Shown here: positions 23,716-37,555 of the stretch, in pieces
How the letters are laid out: every line of letters begins with the position of its first letter
Numbering within the stretch: position 1 is the first letter of the stretch
Source: Nitrospirota bacterium
GTDB taxonomy: Bacteria; Nitrospirota; UBA9217
Assembly: GCA_963796285.1 (NCBI GenBank)
Contig: CAWCKW010000012.1
Span: forward strand, 1,184,001 to 1,248,000
DNA length: 64,000 nt
Direction of reading: 5' to 3'
Position numbers and translations under genes: made by a program
Notes under the pieces: generated by a model
What the model was told of the DNA's origin: nothing
Seen by the model: the letters and a program-made list of their open reading frames with translations, nothing else
The model's database searches: none

Positions 23716-23863
23716 GGATGCCTCCTGACTCTATACTACCAAACGCAACTTATCTGTCAACCCAATTATGGAAGATTTCGGACGATTAGGCAAGAAAAGA
23801 GCAGGATTGGTCTACCAACCTCTGCTCTTTCAGAGGTAGGATATGATCGTTAATAGGAACTCG

Positions 23864-23956
23864 CTCTCCTTCAAAGAGAGGGCTGGGGTGAGGATGGGTT
23901 AGCGCCTCGTTCCGTAACGATCCATCCCCACCTTGATCTTCCCCTTGAAGGGGAGG
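23864..23956. repeat. REP doublet: two inverted copies of CCCCTTGAAGGGGAGGG..GGGGTG.GGATGG
   Basis: ctctccttcaaagagagggctggggtgaggatgg versus ccatccccaccttgatcttccccttgaaggggagg. Confidence 0.7.
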
Positions 23957-23973
23957 CAGCTTTGATAAAATAG

Positions 23974-25391
<1,418 letters not shown>

Positions 25392-25418
25392 TTGAAAAGC
25401 CCTGACCGACAGACCACT

Positions 25419-26505
25419 ATGCGATATACTAAGATCAGGGACAAAGAGCTGCAAGGAGGCAGCTTGCCTAGTCGGATATTAACACTGCTCTGGGTCGGGA
25501 TCTCCATCTCATTTGTCACTGGTCGAGATATCACTGCTCAAGAGACCAAGGAACGCCCTATGACACCTTACAGCACGACAACAGCATCGAAAGATCATGG
25601 AAGCTATGACCATATAACAACCCATGATACCGTGCGCGACATCGTGAACCATCCGGCATTTAAAGGCTTTAGCCAGCTCATCCTTCCGAAGGATAATAAC
25701 GCCTATTACTATGACACGCCGCTCAGTAATGTTCGTGCGCTCATGCCTTATCACAGCCATGTGGACCCCGACATTGTAGTGGCTGCGCTTAACCACATGA
25801 TTGATGAAGTCAAAGACGGCAAAACCATATTCTACGATTTCTACACTGAGCAGCAAAAGCAGGAGGATCCCGCCAAAGAAGAACACAGGACTCTTCTACT
25901 TCCGGGGAGAACCGGGAGCCCCGTTTGCCATTGTGTGCCCTGGCGGAGGATTTTCCTACGTCGGCTCCCTGCATGAAGGTTTTCCGCTCGCTTTGGAGAT
26001 AAGTAAGAAGAAATATAACGCTTTTGTCATACGGTATCGCATAGGGAGCGAGCAAAGTGCGACAGCGGATCTGGCGGCGGCGATAGCCTACATTTTCAGG
26101 AACGCTGAAGCACTCAGGGTAAGCACTGAAGATTACTCTTTATGGGGAGGTTCTGCCGGCGCCAGGATAGTGGGCAATATTGCTTTACGCGGAGTTGCAA
26201 CTTACGCGGGCGGCAATCTGCCGAAACCATCTATAGCGGTTATAGGGAATACCGGTCAATCAAGCTATTCAAAATATTTTCTTTGTCCTACTTTTATTCG
26301 GTGAGCGAAAATGATCTTATAGCGAATATTGCGGCCGTTGACAAGCGCGTCGAAAATCTGAGAAATGCCGGAGTAGCGGTCGAATATCGTAGATATAGAA
26401 TCTGCCGGTCACGGCTTCGGGTTTGGAACAGGCACCGATGCCGAAGGATGGTTAGACCACGCCGTTCGGTTTTGGGAAAAGCATTTGTCCAAGGGAGCAA
26501 AATGA
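25419..26505 (+). CDS. Alpha/beta hydrolase (several frameshifts)
   Basis: CPGGGF oxyanion motif, WGGSAGA nucleophile elbow and GHGFG. Confidence 0.8.
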
Positions 26506-26609
26506 CACTATGAGCAACCATTCCATTCGTAAGGTGGCCGAACAATAATATGAGGTTACTCCGTTGGAAGATGTACAATTTGTTTATGGCACATGAGAGG
26601 AGATAAACC

Positions 26610-27628
26610 ATGCGAGGAGCTGTTCTCTACGGGCCGCGCGACGTGCGTTTCGAGGAGCGCGAAGACCCGAAGATCATCAAGCCGACCGATGCCATCATCA
26701 GGATCTCGGCCACCTGCGTGTGCGGGTCCGATCTGTGGCCTTACCGCGGCATCAACCCGATCACCCAGCCGACACCGATGGGGCACGAGTACTGCGGCAT
26801 CGTCGAGGAGGTCGGGAGCGCGGTCACCACGGTCAAGCGCGGCCAGTTCGTGATCGGTTCGTTCTTCGCCTCCGACAACACCTGCCCCACCTGCCAGATC
26901 GGCTATCAGTCGTCCTGCCAGCATCGCGAACTTATGGGCGGTGCGCAGGCGCCCTTTCTGCGCGTCCCGCACGCGGACGGCACCCTGGTGGCGACTCCGG
27001 AGGTTCCCTCGGACGACCTGATCCCGAGCCTGCTGACGCTCTCCGACGTCATGGGCACCGGCTGGTTCGCCGCCGACGCGGCGCAACGTAAAGCCGGGCA
27101 AGACGGTCGTGGTCGTCGGCGACGGCGCGGTCGGACTGCTCGGCGTGCTTTCCGCAAAGCAGATGGGTGCCGAGCGGATCATCGCGATGAGCCGCCATGA
27201 GTCGCGGACAGAAGCTCGCCCGCGAGTTCGGCGCGACCGACATCGTGACCGAGCGCGGTGACGAGGGCGTGGCCCGGATCAAGGAGATGACCAACGGAAT
27301 CGGCGCTGACTCGGTGCTGGAGTGCGTCGGCACCCAGGAGTCGATGATGCAGGCGATCCATTCCACCCGCCCGGGCGGATACGTGGGCTACGTCGGCGTC
27401 CCGCACGGGGTCGAGCTCAACGGCCAGGAGCTGTTCTTCGCCCACGTCCATCTCCACGGCGGCCCCGCGCCGGTGCGCCGCTACCTGCCCGATCTGATCG
27501 GTCTTGTGCTGAAGGGGAAGATCGACCCCGGCAAGGTATTCGACCTGACGCTGCCCCTCGACCAGGTGGCCGAGGGCTACCGCGCGATGGACGAGCGCCG
27601 CGCGATCAAGACGCTGCTGCGGCCATAA
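26610..27628 (+). CDS. Zinc-dependent alcohol dehydrogenase family (frameshifts ~27090, ~27205)
   Basis: CVCGSDL, GHE, GDGAVG in the middle frame and RAIKTLL. Confidence 0.9.
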
Positions 27629-27656
27629 AAATTAAACTAGGCAAAGGAGAATACAC

Positions 27657-27982
27657 ATGTCAGACAGCGATGTAAAAAAAGCGACAGATGAGTTGAAGGA
27701 CTAGCGCCGGATTATGCGCAATTGACACAGGATTTGCTTTTCGGTGATGTTTGGAAGACGTCCGCCGCTCTCGCAGCGCGATAAAAGCCTGATCACGGTG
27801 GCACTGTTTGGTTGCGCTGAATCAGAATCGAGCAGGTCGAATTCCACCTGAAGAAGGCTATGGAAAACGGCCTTACGAAGGAAGAGCTCGTGGCCGCGAT
27901 CACGCATATTGCGTTTTATGCCGGATGGCCGACAGCGGCGTCGGGCCTTAATCACCTGAAAAAAGTGATCGATCAGAAATAA
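27657..27982 (+). CDS. Carboxymuconolactone decarboxylase family protein (frameshifted; absent from the ORF track)
   Basis: Manual reading LLFGDVW.RP.LSQRDKSLITVA...FHLKKAMENGLTKEEL...HIAFYAGWP; AGGAG RBS. Confidence 0.85.
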
Positions 27983-27999
27983 GTGAGGAGTATTTAATT

Positions 28000-28539
28000 A
28001 TGAATTTATCTAGTAAAAAATGCCTGATAGCTTATTTTTCCCGGAAGGGGCAAAATTATGTCAGTGGGAGGCTTGTCGATCTAAAAGTCGGCAATACCGA
28101 AGTTGTCGCAAACATGATCCAGAAAATAGCGGGCGGCGTTCTGTTTCATATTGAATCCGTCACAGCCTATCCCAACGATTATAAGGAAGCTACGGAAGTA
28201 GCCAAGAATGAACTGCGTGCCAAAGCCAGGCCGAAGCTGACAGGACAGGTTGAGAACATGGGGGCATATGATGTGATCTTTTTGGGATATCCGAATTGGT
28301 GGGGAACGATGCCCATGCCGGTCTTCTCGTTCCTGGAAAGCTATGACTTTTCCGGAAAGACAATTGTACCATTTTGCACCCACGAGGGCAGCGGAATGGC
28401 CCATAGCGAGAAGGATATTGCCAAAGCATGTCCCAAAGCCACTGTGCTGAAGGGAATCGCTATTCATGGAACCAATGCAGGTTCCGCGAATTCAGATGTG
28501 TCGAAATGGATTGATGGGCTGAGTATTTCCTTATTTTGA
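28000..28539 (+). CDS. Flavodoxin (Flavodoxin_4 type)
   Basis: AYFSR.G..GNT, GYPNWWG and PFCTHEGSG. Confidence 0.92.
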   Translation: MNLSSKKCLIAYFSRKGQNYVSGRLVDLKVGNTEVVANMIQKIAGGVLFHIESVTAYPNDYKEATEVAKNELRAKARPKLTGQVENMGAYDVIFLGYPNWWGTMPMPVFSFLESYDFSGKTIVPFCTHEGSGMAHSEKDIAKACPKATVLKGIAIHGTNAGSANSDVSKWIDGLSISLF

Positions 28540-28609
28540 CAGCAGATAGGAAAAAGGAGATCGCAATGAACCTCCGTGGTATAAACTCTTAATGACATCT
28601 GCATCAATT

Positions 28610-29368
28610 CTACCCGGGCAGAGAGCAGACCGACTTGAGGAACACCGTTGACTTGAGCCGCTTGCCGAGGATGTTGAAGGTGTGTGCCGAGAATGCCTGG
28701 TCGAGCTCCTGCATGATCGTGGGAGAGGGTTTGAGCCTGCAGACCTTGTCCATGTCCATCCTGAGCGCCTGGTAATAGAACCCCACGGAACCCTGGGATA
28801 GCCGTATCTGCGGATCGCCGGACGATACCATGCAATCCGGGCAGAGCATGCCGCCCTTCATGCCGAGAAAGATAACATCCCCTTTCGGTTGCACGCCGCA
28901 GGAAAGGCAGTGGTCAAGCTTGGGCTGGTAGCCCAGGAGCGACAGGAACTTTATCTCGAAGATCCGGAGGAGGAAGTGCGGGTCCTCACCCTCGTCGAGA
29001 AGGTGGAGGACATGGGAAAGAAGCAGAAAGGCAGGCGCGTTGCGTTCGCCGAGCGGCGCCATCTCCCGCACCAGTTCGAGCATCACCGCGCCGACGGCGG
29101 CACGGCCCAGATCGCAGCCGATGGATGAGTGCTGTTCGATAATGTCCGTGGACTCGATCCGCGCGAGTTCCTGGTGCTCACGCTCGTGGAGGTGCAGCCT
29201 GGATATGGTAAAAGACTCGAGCCCTGCCCCGAAGCGGCGAAAGGACTTCCGCGCGTTCTTGGCAACGCCCTTCAGCATGCCCCGGTCGAGCGAGAAGAAC
29301 GTAACGAGTTTGTCCGCCTCGCCAAGGTTCATGCTGCTGATGATGATCGCTTCTGTCTTGGATTTCAT
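28610..29368 (-). CDS. recO: DNA repair protein RecO
   Basis: GEADK, VAKNARKSFRRF, GYQP and Zn motif C..C...C..C. Confidence 0.95.
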   Translation of the reverse strand: MKSKTEAIIISSMNLGEADKLVTFFSLDRGMLKGVAKNARKSFRRFGAGLESFTISRLHLHEREHQELARIESTDIIEQHSSIGCDLGRAAVGAVMLELVREMAPLGERNAPAFLLLSHVLHLLDEGEDPHFLLRIFEIKFLSLLGYQPKLDHCLSCGVQPKGDVIFLGMKGGMLCPDCMVSSGDPQIRLSQGSVGFYYQALRMDMDKVCRLKPSPTIMQELDQAFSAHTFNILGKRLKSTVFLKSVCSLPG

Positions 29369-29645
29369 GGCCGTTCCTCACTGCTGGATGATGTAGTATA
29401 CACTGAGGGAGGTCCGGATAAAAGAAGGAATTGAGACGAGAAAAAGCCGACGACCTGCTTAGCTTCATGGACGCTGACGGTCAGGATAGACGGAACATGC
29501 ACTTGCTCCGGTATGCTTAATGAGAAGGCAACCCCGATGCCTGCCCGGAGGAAGCATGATCCTTACTCTCCAGACGCGTCTTTGCCATATTTCTTGTGGT
29601 GCGACCTGGTGTTTCGAATTAATTGCATTGCACGAACCAAGCCTA

Positions 29646-30383
29646 TTATAGGGACAGCCCCTGCGAGATCTGTTTTTTTATGTACTCCCGAATAAACGCC
29701 CTGTCTTTCTCATCGATCTGGACGAACTTCATTCCCATCCCCGGTCGTTGGTCCTTCCCTCCGGTTTTCTGTGAGATGTACAGCACAATAGCCGTTGCAT
29801 TGATCACCTTGTCTTCGATATTCAGCGTGAGGGGAACAACTGTCTTCATTGGATCGGGCGTGAGTGTCCTTATGTAGAGACCGCCATCTGACAGCTCAAT
29901 GACGGTTTCCTGCCTCACTGATCCTCCCGGTGCTTTCTTGTCGCCCACCTCAACCTTGAAGGCCGTTTCGATCCTCACCGTATGTCTTGGTGAAGATTCA
30001 AGCGCGGCCTGGATGGTCGTATACAGCTCTTCAATTTCTACCGGCTTCTTGAAATATGCCGTGCAGCCCGCGGTCATGCATTGCTCCCTTATTCCCGGGC
30101 CGTCATCGGCGCTCTGAATGACAACGGGAACGGTCTTCAGGCGCTGGTCCTGCTTCATCGTCGTGAGCAGGCCGATACCGTTCATCTCGGGGAGCGCAAA
30201 CTCCGTTATTACGAGCGAAGGCAGAATATCGGCCATTACTTTTACGGCATCCTCCGCCGAGGCGGCGCTATGGACCGCATATTCGAGCCTTCTGAGCATC
30301 GTCCCCAGGTAAAAGCGATGGGAGGCGCTGCTGTCGACAATCAGGAGAGTGCGATTTTCTCGGTCCATTCCAGCCTCCTCCAC
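29646..30383 (-). CDS. Receiver domain plus PilZ-like domain protein
   Basis: Atypical REC (phosphosite Asp replaced by Glu, ITEFALP); RHTVR, ELSDGGL and GMGMKF PilZ motifs. Confidence 0.8.
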   Translation of the reverse strand: MEEAGMDRENRTLLIVDSSASHRFYLGTMLRRLEYAVHSAASAEDAVKVMADILPSLVITEFALPEMNGIGLLTTMKQDQRLKTVPVVIQSADDGPGIREQCMTAGCTAYFKKPVEIEELYTTIQAALESSPRHTVRIETAFKVEVGDKKAPGGSVRQETVIELSDGGLYIRTLTPDPMKTVVPLTLNIEDKVINATAIVLYISQKTGGKDQRPGMGMKFVQIDEKDRAFIREYIKKQISQGLSL

Positions 30384-30629
30384 GCCGTTGCATGTTCAAG
30401 CAGGGCCATGCAAAAAACGCTGCTGCGGCAAAATACAATCATTGAAAACGTTGGCCCGTCCGTTTCATTAATAAAATGGATACGGCAGCACTCAATAGCA
30501 GTAAATCGGTATCGAATATGAAACTGTCGTGGCAGCCAATAATGGCTTGCCTCTGCACTCTTGCCGGCGAATCGATGAACCCTGACCGCCTGCCATGAGA
30601 GATCCTGTTGAATGCCGGCTAGTTGCTCT

Positions 30630-31252
30630 TCAATCCACGCTTTTGGCTAGCTGCTGTTTCTTCTTTTTATGCGCCCTGACGTAGACGATGATGATTACGA
30701 TGCTCGCGATCACCACGCCGATCAAGGCCTGGTGCGAATACTTCATGATCAGTTCCTGGTTCGCGCCTATGACGTATCCGATGCAGGTGAGGATGGTCAC
30801 CCAGATGCCCGCGCCGAGCAGCGTATAGAGAGAGAATTTCATGTGGTTCATGCCCACCAGCCCTGCGGGAAGCGAGATAAGGTGCCGCACCACGGGGAGA
30901 GAGCCTGCCGATAAAGGTCGATACTTCGCCGTGGTCGTTGAAGAACTGCTCGACTTTCGCGAACTTCTCCTCCGTGATCCAGACATACTTGCCGTATTTC
31001 ACAGCAGCGGCCTGCCCAGATAATGCGCCGCATAGTAGTTCACGTAGGCGCCCACGAGGCTGCCGGCGGCGCCGCAAAGGATGGCGAGCGCCAAATGTTC
31101 ATCTGTCCCTGCTGCGCCAGATACCCTGCCGGCGGCATGATCAGCTCGCTCGGGACCGGGATGACCGAGCTCTCCATGGCCATGAGCAGAAAGATGCCGG
31201 GATAGCCCAGCGTCCCGATGGTCACGAGCAGCCAGATTATCAGTTCATGCAT
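30630..31252 (-). CDS. DedA family membrane protein (frameshifted)
   Basis: ESSVIPVPSE, FIGR.LPVVRHLISLPAG. Confidence 0.9.
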
Positions 31253-31395
31253 AGTGGAATTTCTCCAAGTCTCGAAATCTCAAGTTCCAAGTCCTAAACA
31301 AGTTTCAAGTCTCGATGTTCTCATACGTTTCGAACGTTCGGGTTTCGACTTGATTCAATTATTTGAAATAAGAAACTGCGAATCTCGCTTTATCT

Positions 31396-32297
31396 TTACT
31401 CTTCTCCCAGTATCCCGAAGTTCTTCAGCATGCGCTCGTCCTCGCGCCAGCCCTTTTTCACCTTCACCAAGAGTTTCAGAAAGATCTTCGTCCCGAGCAG
31501 TTTCTCCGCATCCAGGCGGGCGAGCGTGCCGATCTGCTTTCAGCATGCCCCCGCCCTTGCCGATCAGGATGCCCTTCTGCGAGTCGCGTTCCACGTAGAT
31601 GACAGCGGGATCCGCGTGATGTCCGGGCTCTTCCTTCATTTCCTCGATGACCACCGCCGTGGAATAAGGGATCTCCTCCTTCGTAAGCTCAAAGATCTTT
31701 TCCCGGACAAGCTCGGACACAATGAACCGCTCAGGCTGGTCCGTCAGCTGGTCGTCGGGAAAGTACTTCGGGCCCTGGGGCAAACGTTTCAGGATCGTCT
31801 CGACAAGACCGCCAAGGTCGTTCTTGAGCGCTGACACGGGGATGATCTCGGCAAACTTGTAGAGTCGTGCTGTATTCCTGCATCAGCGGCAGAAGCGCTT
31901 CCTTTTTTATAAGGTCCACTTTATTGATCAGAAGAAATACGGGGGTCTTCACTGCAGAAAGGGTTTCGACGATGAACCGGTCTCCCCCGCCGGGCTGCTC
32001 CTGGGCCTCGACGAGCATGAGGATCACGTCCACCTCATTGTAGGTCTGGAGCGCGGTCTTGACCATGACCTCGTTCATCTTGTGCATGGGTTTGTGGATG
32101 CCCGGCGTGTCCAGGAATACGAACTGCGCGCCCGGCTGGTTCACGATGCCGAGGATGCGGTTCCGGGTGGTCTGCGGCTTGCTTGAGACGATGGCGATCT
32201 TCTCGCCGAGCAGGACGTTCAGGAGCGTGGATTTCCCTACGTTCGGCCTGCCGATGATGGAGATGAAGCCTGATTTGAACTTTTCGTTGTCTGTCAT
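31396..32297 (-). CDS. era: GTPase Era (frameshifted)
   Basis: GRPNVGKS, QTTR, DTPG, NKVD, EEIPY and KH motif SQKGILIGKGG. Confidence 0.95.
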
Positions 32298-32484
32298 GGT
32301 AGGTAGAATACTCGAAATCAGCGGCCTGCGCAATAGAAAAGCCCGAAACTGGGTCCGCCACGACGTCCTAAGACGCAAAGGACTTCTTCTTACTGTCTTA
32401 TCTGGTGTCTTCGTCCCTTTGTCGCAAGGATGATCAAATTCCATTTGACAACTCACTCCGATTATCTGTATTATCACTCTACCT

Positions 32485-33481
32485 ATGACTACCGAAAAGA
32501 CCGACATCAATGCCCTCCGCGATAAGATCCTGAAGCTCAAAAAAGACCTGAACGCCATCATCCTCGCGCACAATTACCAGCGTCCGGAGGTGCAGGACAT
32601 CGCCGACATCACCGGAGATTCGCTCGAGCTTTCGCGCGCTGCGGCGAAAACAGACTACGACGTTATCGTGTTCTGCGGCGTGCACTTCATGGCCGAAAGC
32701 GCCTCGATCCTCTCCCCTGACAAGACCGTGCTGCTCCCCGAGATCGGCGCGGGATGTCCCATGGCCGACATGGTCACGGTCAAGGGACCGCGCAAGACGC
32801 GGCGGGATTTCTACACCGACAAGCTCGGCATCGCCTTCGAGTTCGCCGACGATTTCACGCTTCTGGACATGAAGAAGAAATACCCCGGCGTGCCGGTTGT
32901 GGCGTACGTGAACACCTCGGCCGCGGTCAAGGCGGAGAGCGACATCTGCTGCACCTCATCGAACGTCGTGAAGGTCGTTGAATCGTTGAAGGAAGATACC
33001 ATCATCTGCATCCCGGACCGGAACCTCTCCGCCTATGCCGCCAAAAGGACAAAGAAGAAGATCATTTCCTGGGACGGGTTCTGCAACGTCCATCAAGGCC
33101 ACCTCGATATCGAGGACGTGAAAAAGGCCAGGGCCGACCACCCCGATGCAGTCCTCGTTGTCCACCCCGAATGCCCTCCCGAGGTGCAGGACATGGCGGA
33201 CCAGATCACGAGCACCTCGGGCATGCTCCGCTTTTGCAGGGAATCGAACCAGAAGGAATTCATCATCGGCACAGAGGAAGGCCTGCTCCACCGCCTGAGA
33301 AAAGAGAACCCGGGCAAGCACTTCTATGTCGCTGAACAATGAGATGGTCTGCCCCAACATGAAGCGGACAAAGCTCGAAAGCGTGCTCACGGCCATGGAA
33401 AAGATGCAGTATGTCATCAAGGTTCCCGAGGACATCCGCGTCCCGGCAAAGCGGGCGCTGGACAGGATGCTCGCCCTGTAA
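32485..33481 (+). CDS. nadA: Quinolinate synthase (frameshift ~33330)
   Basis: [31 protein letters not shown] and CPNMK. Confidence 0.96.
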
Positions 33482-33600
33482 GGGCAAGCGCCAAATATCA
33501 AATAAAATTTTCAAATAATATCCAAATTCCAAGTTCGAATAATGAAAAAGTCCTGTCTCACACGAAGCCACGAAGTCACAAAGAGAAAAACCCTTCTTAA

Positions 33601-33737
33601 TTAGAGCTTGTATTTTAATAGCCGCTTCACTTAAGATCGTCATTCCTGCGAAGGCAGGAATCCAGTCTTTTCAGCAAACTCTGGATGCCGGATCAAGTCC
33701 GGCATGACGAAAAAGAACATTTAAATACAGACTCAAA
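33601..33737. mobile_element. Putative MITE with imperfect TIRs enclosing a REP doublet
   Basis: TTAGAGCTTGTATTTTAA versus reverse complement TTTGAGTCTGTATTTAAA; inner GTCATTCCTGCGAAGGCAGGAATCCAG...CTGGATGCCGGATCAAGTCCGGCATGAC (33638-33709). Confidence 0.55.
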
Positions 33738-33881
33738 TTAACGGGATTTACTTCGTGTCTTTGTGGCTTCGTGTGAAAAATTTAGACTTTTTATAAAATC
33801 ATCAATATTCGTCTGTTTGATATTTCAGTGCTTGGGATTTGAGCTTTCGACTTCGATGCCCGACATAAGTCTGATAATACT

Positions 33882-34984
33882 ATGAACATAGCCATCCTCA
33901 TACTCCTTGCAGCAGTCGTCCTGGTCCTCCTCTGGCTCGTGCTCCAGTCCCGGAAGAAGACCGTTGACCCCGCCATGACCCTCATGCAGCAGGAAGTGCA
34001 GTCGCTCCGCGGCCAGTTGACCGATTCCATGCTCAAGAGCCAGGAGTCGATGAACCAGCAGCTCAGCCAGGTCACGCTCCAGGTGAACGCTCAGCTGAAC
34101 CAGGTCACCCAGCAGCTCCAGAAATCCACGGGAGATCTGAACAGCAGGCTGGACAACGCCGCACGCGTGGTGCAGGAAGTGAGCAAGGGACTCGGCGGCC
34201 TGAGCGAGGCGACCAAGAAGGTGTTCGACGTCGGCAAGGACATCGCGAGCCTGCAGGAGATCCTGCGCTCGCCCAAACTGCGCGGCGGCCTGGGCGAGCT
34301 TTTTCTCGGCGACCTCCTGGCCCAGATCTTTCCGCCGGCCCATTACACGCTCCAGCACCGGTTCAAGAGCGGAGAGGCTGTGGACGCCGTCATTAAGGAT
34401 CGGACCGAACCTCGTGCCGGTGGACGCAAAATTCCCGCTCGAGAATTTCAAACGCGTTGTCGAGACCGCGACAGAGGACGAACGCAGGATCGCCAAGAAG
34501 AAGTTCATCGCCGACGTCAAAAAGCATATCGACGCGATCGCCGGCAAGTACATTCTTGCCCGATGAAGGGACCTTCGACTTCGCGCTCATGTATATCCCT
34601 GCGGAAAATGTGTACTATGAGCTCATCATCAGGGACGAGGCCGTTGATACCGATAAGGGGCTTTTGAACTACTCCTTTTCCAAACGGGTCATCCCGGTCT
34701 CACCGAACAGCTTCTACGCCTACCTCCAGACCATCCTCCTGGGCCTCAAAGGCCTGCACATCGAGGAGCAGGCGCAGGAGATCCTTCGCAGCCTGGCAAG
34801 GCTTTCGGGTGACTTCAGAAAATTTCAGGAGGAATTCGAACTGGTGGGAAAGCATCTGACAAACACGAAGATGCGATATGACGAATCGGACAAACGGCTT
34901 GCGAAATTCGGAGACAAGCTCCAGTCGCTGACCGGGACTGAAGGGGGTCATGTATTCGAGGAAACGAGGAAGCTGCCGCTATAG
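33882..34984 (+). CDS. rmuC: DNA recombination protein RmuC (frameshifts ~34400, ~34560)
   Basis: N-terminal TM plus coiled coil; KLRGGLGE, VDAKFP, FALMYIPAE and VSP. Confidence 0.92.
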
Positions 34985-35020
34985 TTGAAAACCGCCGGGT
35001 ACTTTCAAATTTCTAAGGCT

Positions 35021-35356
35021 TCAATGGTGCCCCTGTTCCGATTCTGAATGCCCCCCTGAAATAACATAGACGGCATTGATCGTGCCCGGATTTTCGGCGC
35101 GACACATCTGCTCACCCTCAAGATGGATCGCCTGTCCCTGCTTGAGCATTCCCGTATAATGACCGGACAACTGAAGGTCGCCCGCGATCGCAAGGACGAT
35201 CTCTTCATGCCCCTTGCCGGGCTTCAACTCCCTTCCCTTCTCCCCGGGTTTCAATACTCCGTAGATCAGATAACAGGCATGGCTGCCGGTTTCTCGCGCA
35301 CCGAGGACATACTCGCCTGAGCCTTCCACCTTGGTGACCACATCGAATGACTTCAC
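35021..35356 (-). CDS. Hypothetical cupin-like protein
   Basis: GAGGAGGG RBS; beta-rich sequence with H.EE and GGH. Confidence 0.6.
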   Translation of the reverse strand: MKSFDVVTKVEGSGEYVLGARETGSHACYLIYGVLKPGEKGRELKPGKGHEEIVLAIAGDLQLSGHYTGMLKQGQAIHLEGEQMCRAENPGTINAVYVISGGHSESEQGHH

Positions 35357-35430
35357 TTTCCCTCCTCAGTTAGAAAAGGATAAAATTCTAATCGAAATGA
35401 ACAGGATTCAGACGAAAGCTTAAACCTGTC

Positions 35431-35537
35431 TCTCGCAAAGACGCAAAGGCCGCAAAGAAAAGCAAAAACAAAATGGATTATTATTTAAATTCAAGATGTA
35501 CATGCATTTCTTTGCGCGCCTTTGCGTCTTTGCGAGA
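35431..35537. repeat. Near-perfect 30-bp inverted repeat built from CGCAAAG(A/G) units
   Basis: TCTCGCAAAGACGCAAAGGCCGCAAAGAAA versus TTTCTTTGCGCGCCTTTGCGTCTTTGCGAGA. Confidence 0.85.
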
Positions 35538-35593
35538 AAATGCTTTGCTTTGTTCCGGCTTGTCCGGGTTAGATAATACGCTTCCATCGTCCA

Positions 35594-37410
35594 CTACATC
35601 TCCACCCGCGTGACCACACCGTGGAGCTTGTTGTACGGGAGCTTGTAGAACTGAACGATGTTCGGGGTAAGCCGCTTGATGATCGAGAAGATCTGCCAGA
35701 TGATGTTGCTCGGCAGGATGTCCTCTACCCCGTAGAAGATGGTCTTCTCGTTGATCCCCGCCTCGCGCAGGATCTCCTCCACATCCGGCACCTCCATGTA
35801 GCCCGTCTGGATCTCGAAGGACCTGAGCCCGGGCGCCAGTTCTTCTTTAAAGAACCCCGTGGTGCCGAAGGGGTCCTCGCGTTTGACGATGGAGATGATG
35901 ATATTGTCCTCGTAAATGATGTTGTTCTTGAATATGGTATGGACCATGTAAGGAGGGACCTCTTTCGCGTCCCGCGCGAAAAAGAGCGCCGTCCCTTTGA
36001 TCTTGCTCATGTTCTGATAGATCTGGTTGTAGCTCGGCAGGAAGACGTCGATCGGCAGCGGCTGAAGCGCGATGTAGAGCTTCCGCTGCCCCCTTCGGTA
36101 GAGGAGAATGATCAGGAACGGGATCATCGCGATGATGATGGACCAGTATCCGCCATGAGGGATCTTATAGGTGTTGGACAGGAGGAACGTCAGGCAGACA
36201 AAGGTCACGACCAGCGAGAGCGCCGACCTGCCGAACTTCCTCTTGAGATAGAAGATCCAGGTCATGAAGATGCCGGTAAGGGTCATGGTGCCGGTCACCG
36301 CGAGGCCATACGCCGCGGCAAGATTGCTCGACTCCTGGAACTCGACCATGATGAAGATGACGGCGAACAGCAGGAACCAGTTGACGAACCCGATATAGAT
36401 CTGGGAATGCCGCTCCTCGGAGGTATATTCCACCTTGAACATGGGCATGATGCGCGTGGTGATGCCCTGGTACACGATCGAGAACATGCCGCTGATCATG
36501 GCCTGCGAGGCGATGACCGTGGCGATGATCGAGAGGAGCAGGAACGGGATGTACAGGAACTGCGCCTGGTGATAGACCATCTCGAACAGCACGTTCTTGG
36601 CCTCGGGATGCTGGATAAGGAACGCGCCCTGTCCGAGATAGTTGAGCACGAGGGCAAAGAACACGAAGTACCAGGCCCGCACGATCGGTTCGCGGCCCAG
36701 GTGCCCCATGTCGGCGTAGAGCGCCTCGCCGCCAGTAGCGCACAGGATGACCTCGGAAAGACAAAGAATCCGGTCGATGCCGTTTTCGTATCAAAAACCG
36801 GAAGGCATAGTACGGGTTCACTGCCTTGACCACGTACGGGACCTGGACGATCGAGGCCACGCCGGAGAGCGTCAAGACGGCGAACCAGACGACCATGAGC
36901 GGACCGAAGGCCCCGGCGACCCGCTCGGTACCCTTCTTCTGGATCGAGAAGAGCAGGATGGCGATCGCGCCGGCGATCACGACAAGGGACGTCTGGTTCA
37001 TTCCCTCAAACCCCCTGATCAGGAGCATACCTTCCACGGCGCTCAGGATACTGATGGCCGGCGTGATGACTCCGTCGCCGATGATGAGCGAGATGCCGAT
37101 GAAGGAGAGCATGGTGACGACCGTGGCTTGTCTGCTCGATTTGAGGAGCGGGACCAGGAGTTCGCGGAGCACGATGGTGCCGCCTTCGCCGCGTTTGCCG
37201 AGGCTCATGGCCAGCCAGGCGTACTCCACGGTAACGAGGATGATGAGCGTCCAGACGATGAGCGAGAGCACGCCGACGACGTTGTCACTCTGTCGGCTTG
37301 GTCAGCAGGAAGATGACGGTGAGCGTATAGATCGGGCTCGTGCCGATATCGCCGAACACAAGACCGAGTGACTTTATGATTCCTTTGGCTGGGGATGTTT
37401 TGTCGGGCAT
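35594..37410 (-). CDS. kup: KUP/HAK/KT potassium transporter (frameshifts ~37290, ~36780)
   Basis: LGLVFGDIGTSPIY, GEGG, GDGVITPAISILSAVEG, GHLGR, ASQAMISG and AAYGLAV. Confidence 0.95.
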
Positions 37411-37555
37411 AAGTAAGATGAGGTTACATGAACAGGCGGCATTGCAGGGTTACTGCTGATAAAATCATAGTATAGTTTAAATAAAAAAGCAAGGTGAATA
37501 AATATTTGCAACCGGCTCGTTCACTGCCTTCAGCGTCCTGACTTCCGGCTTAATG

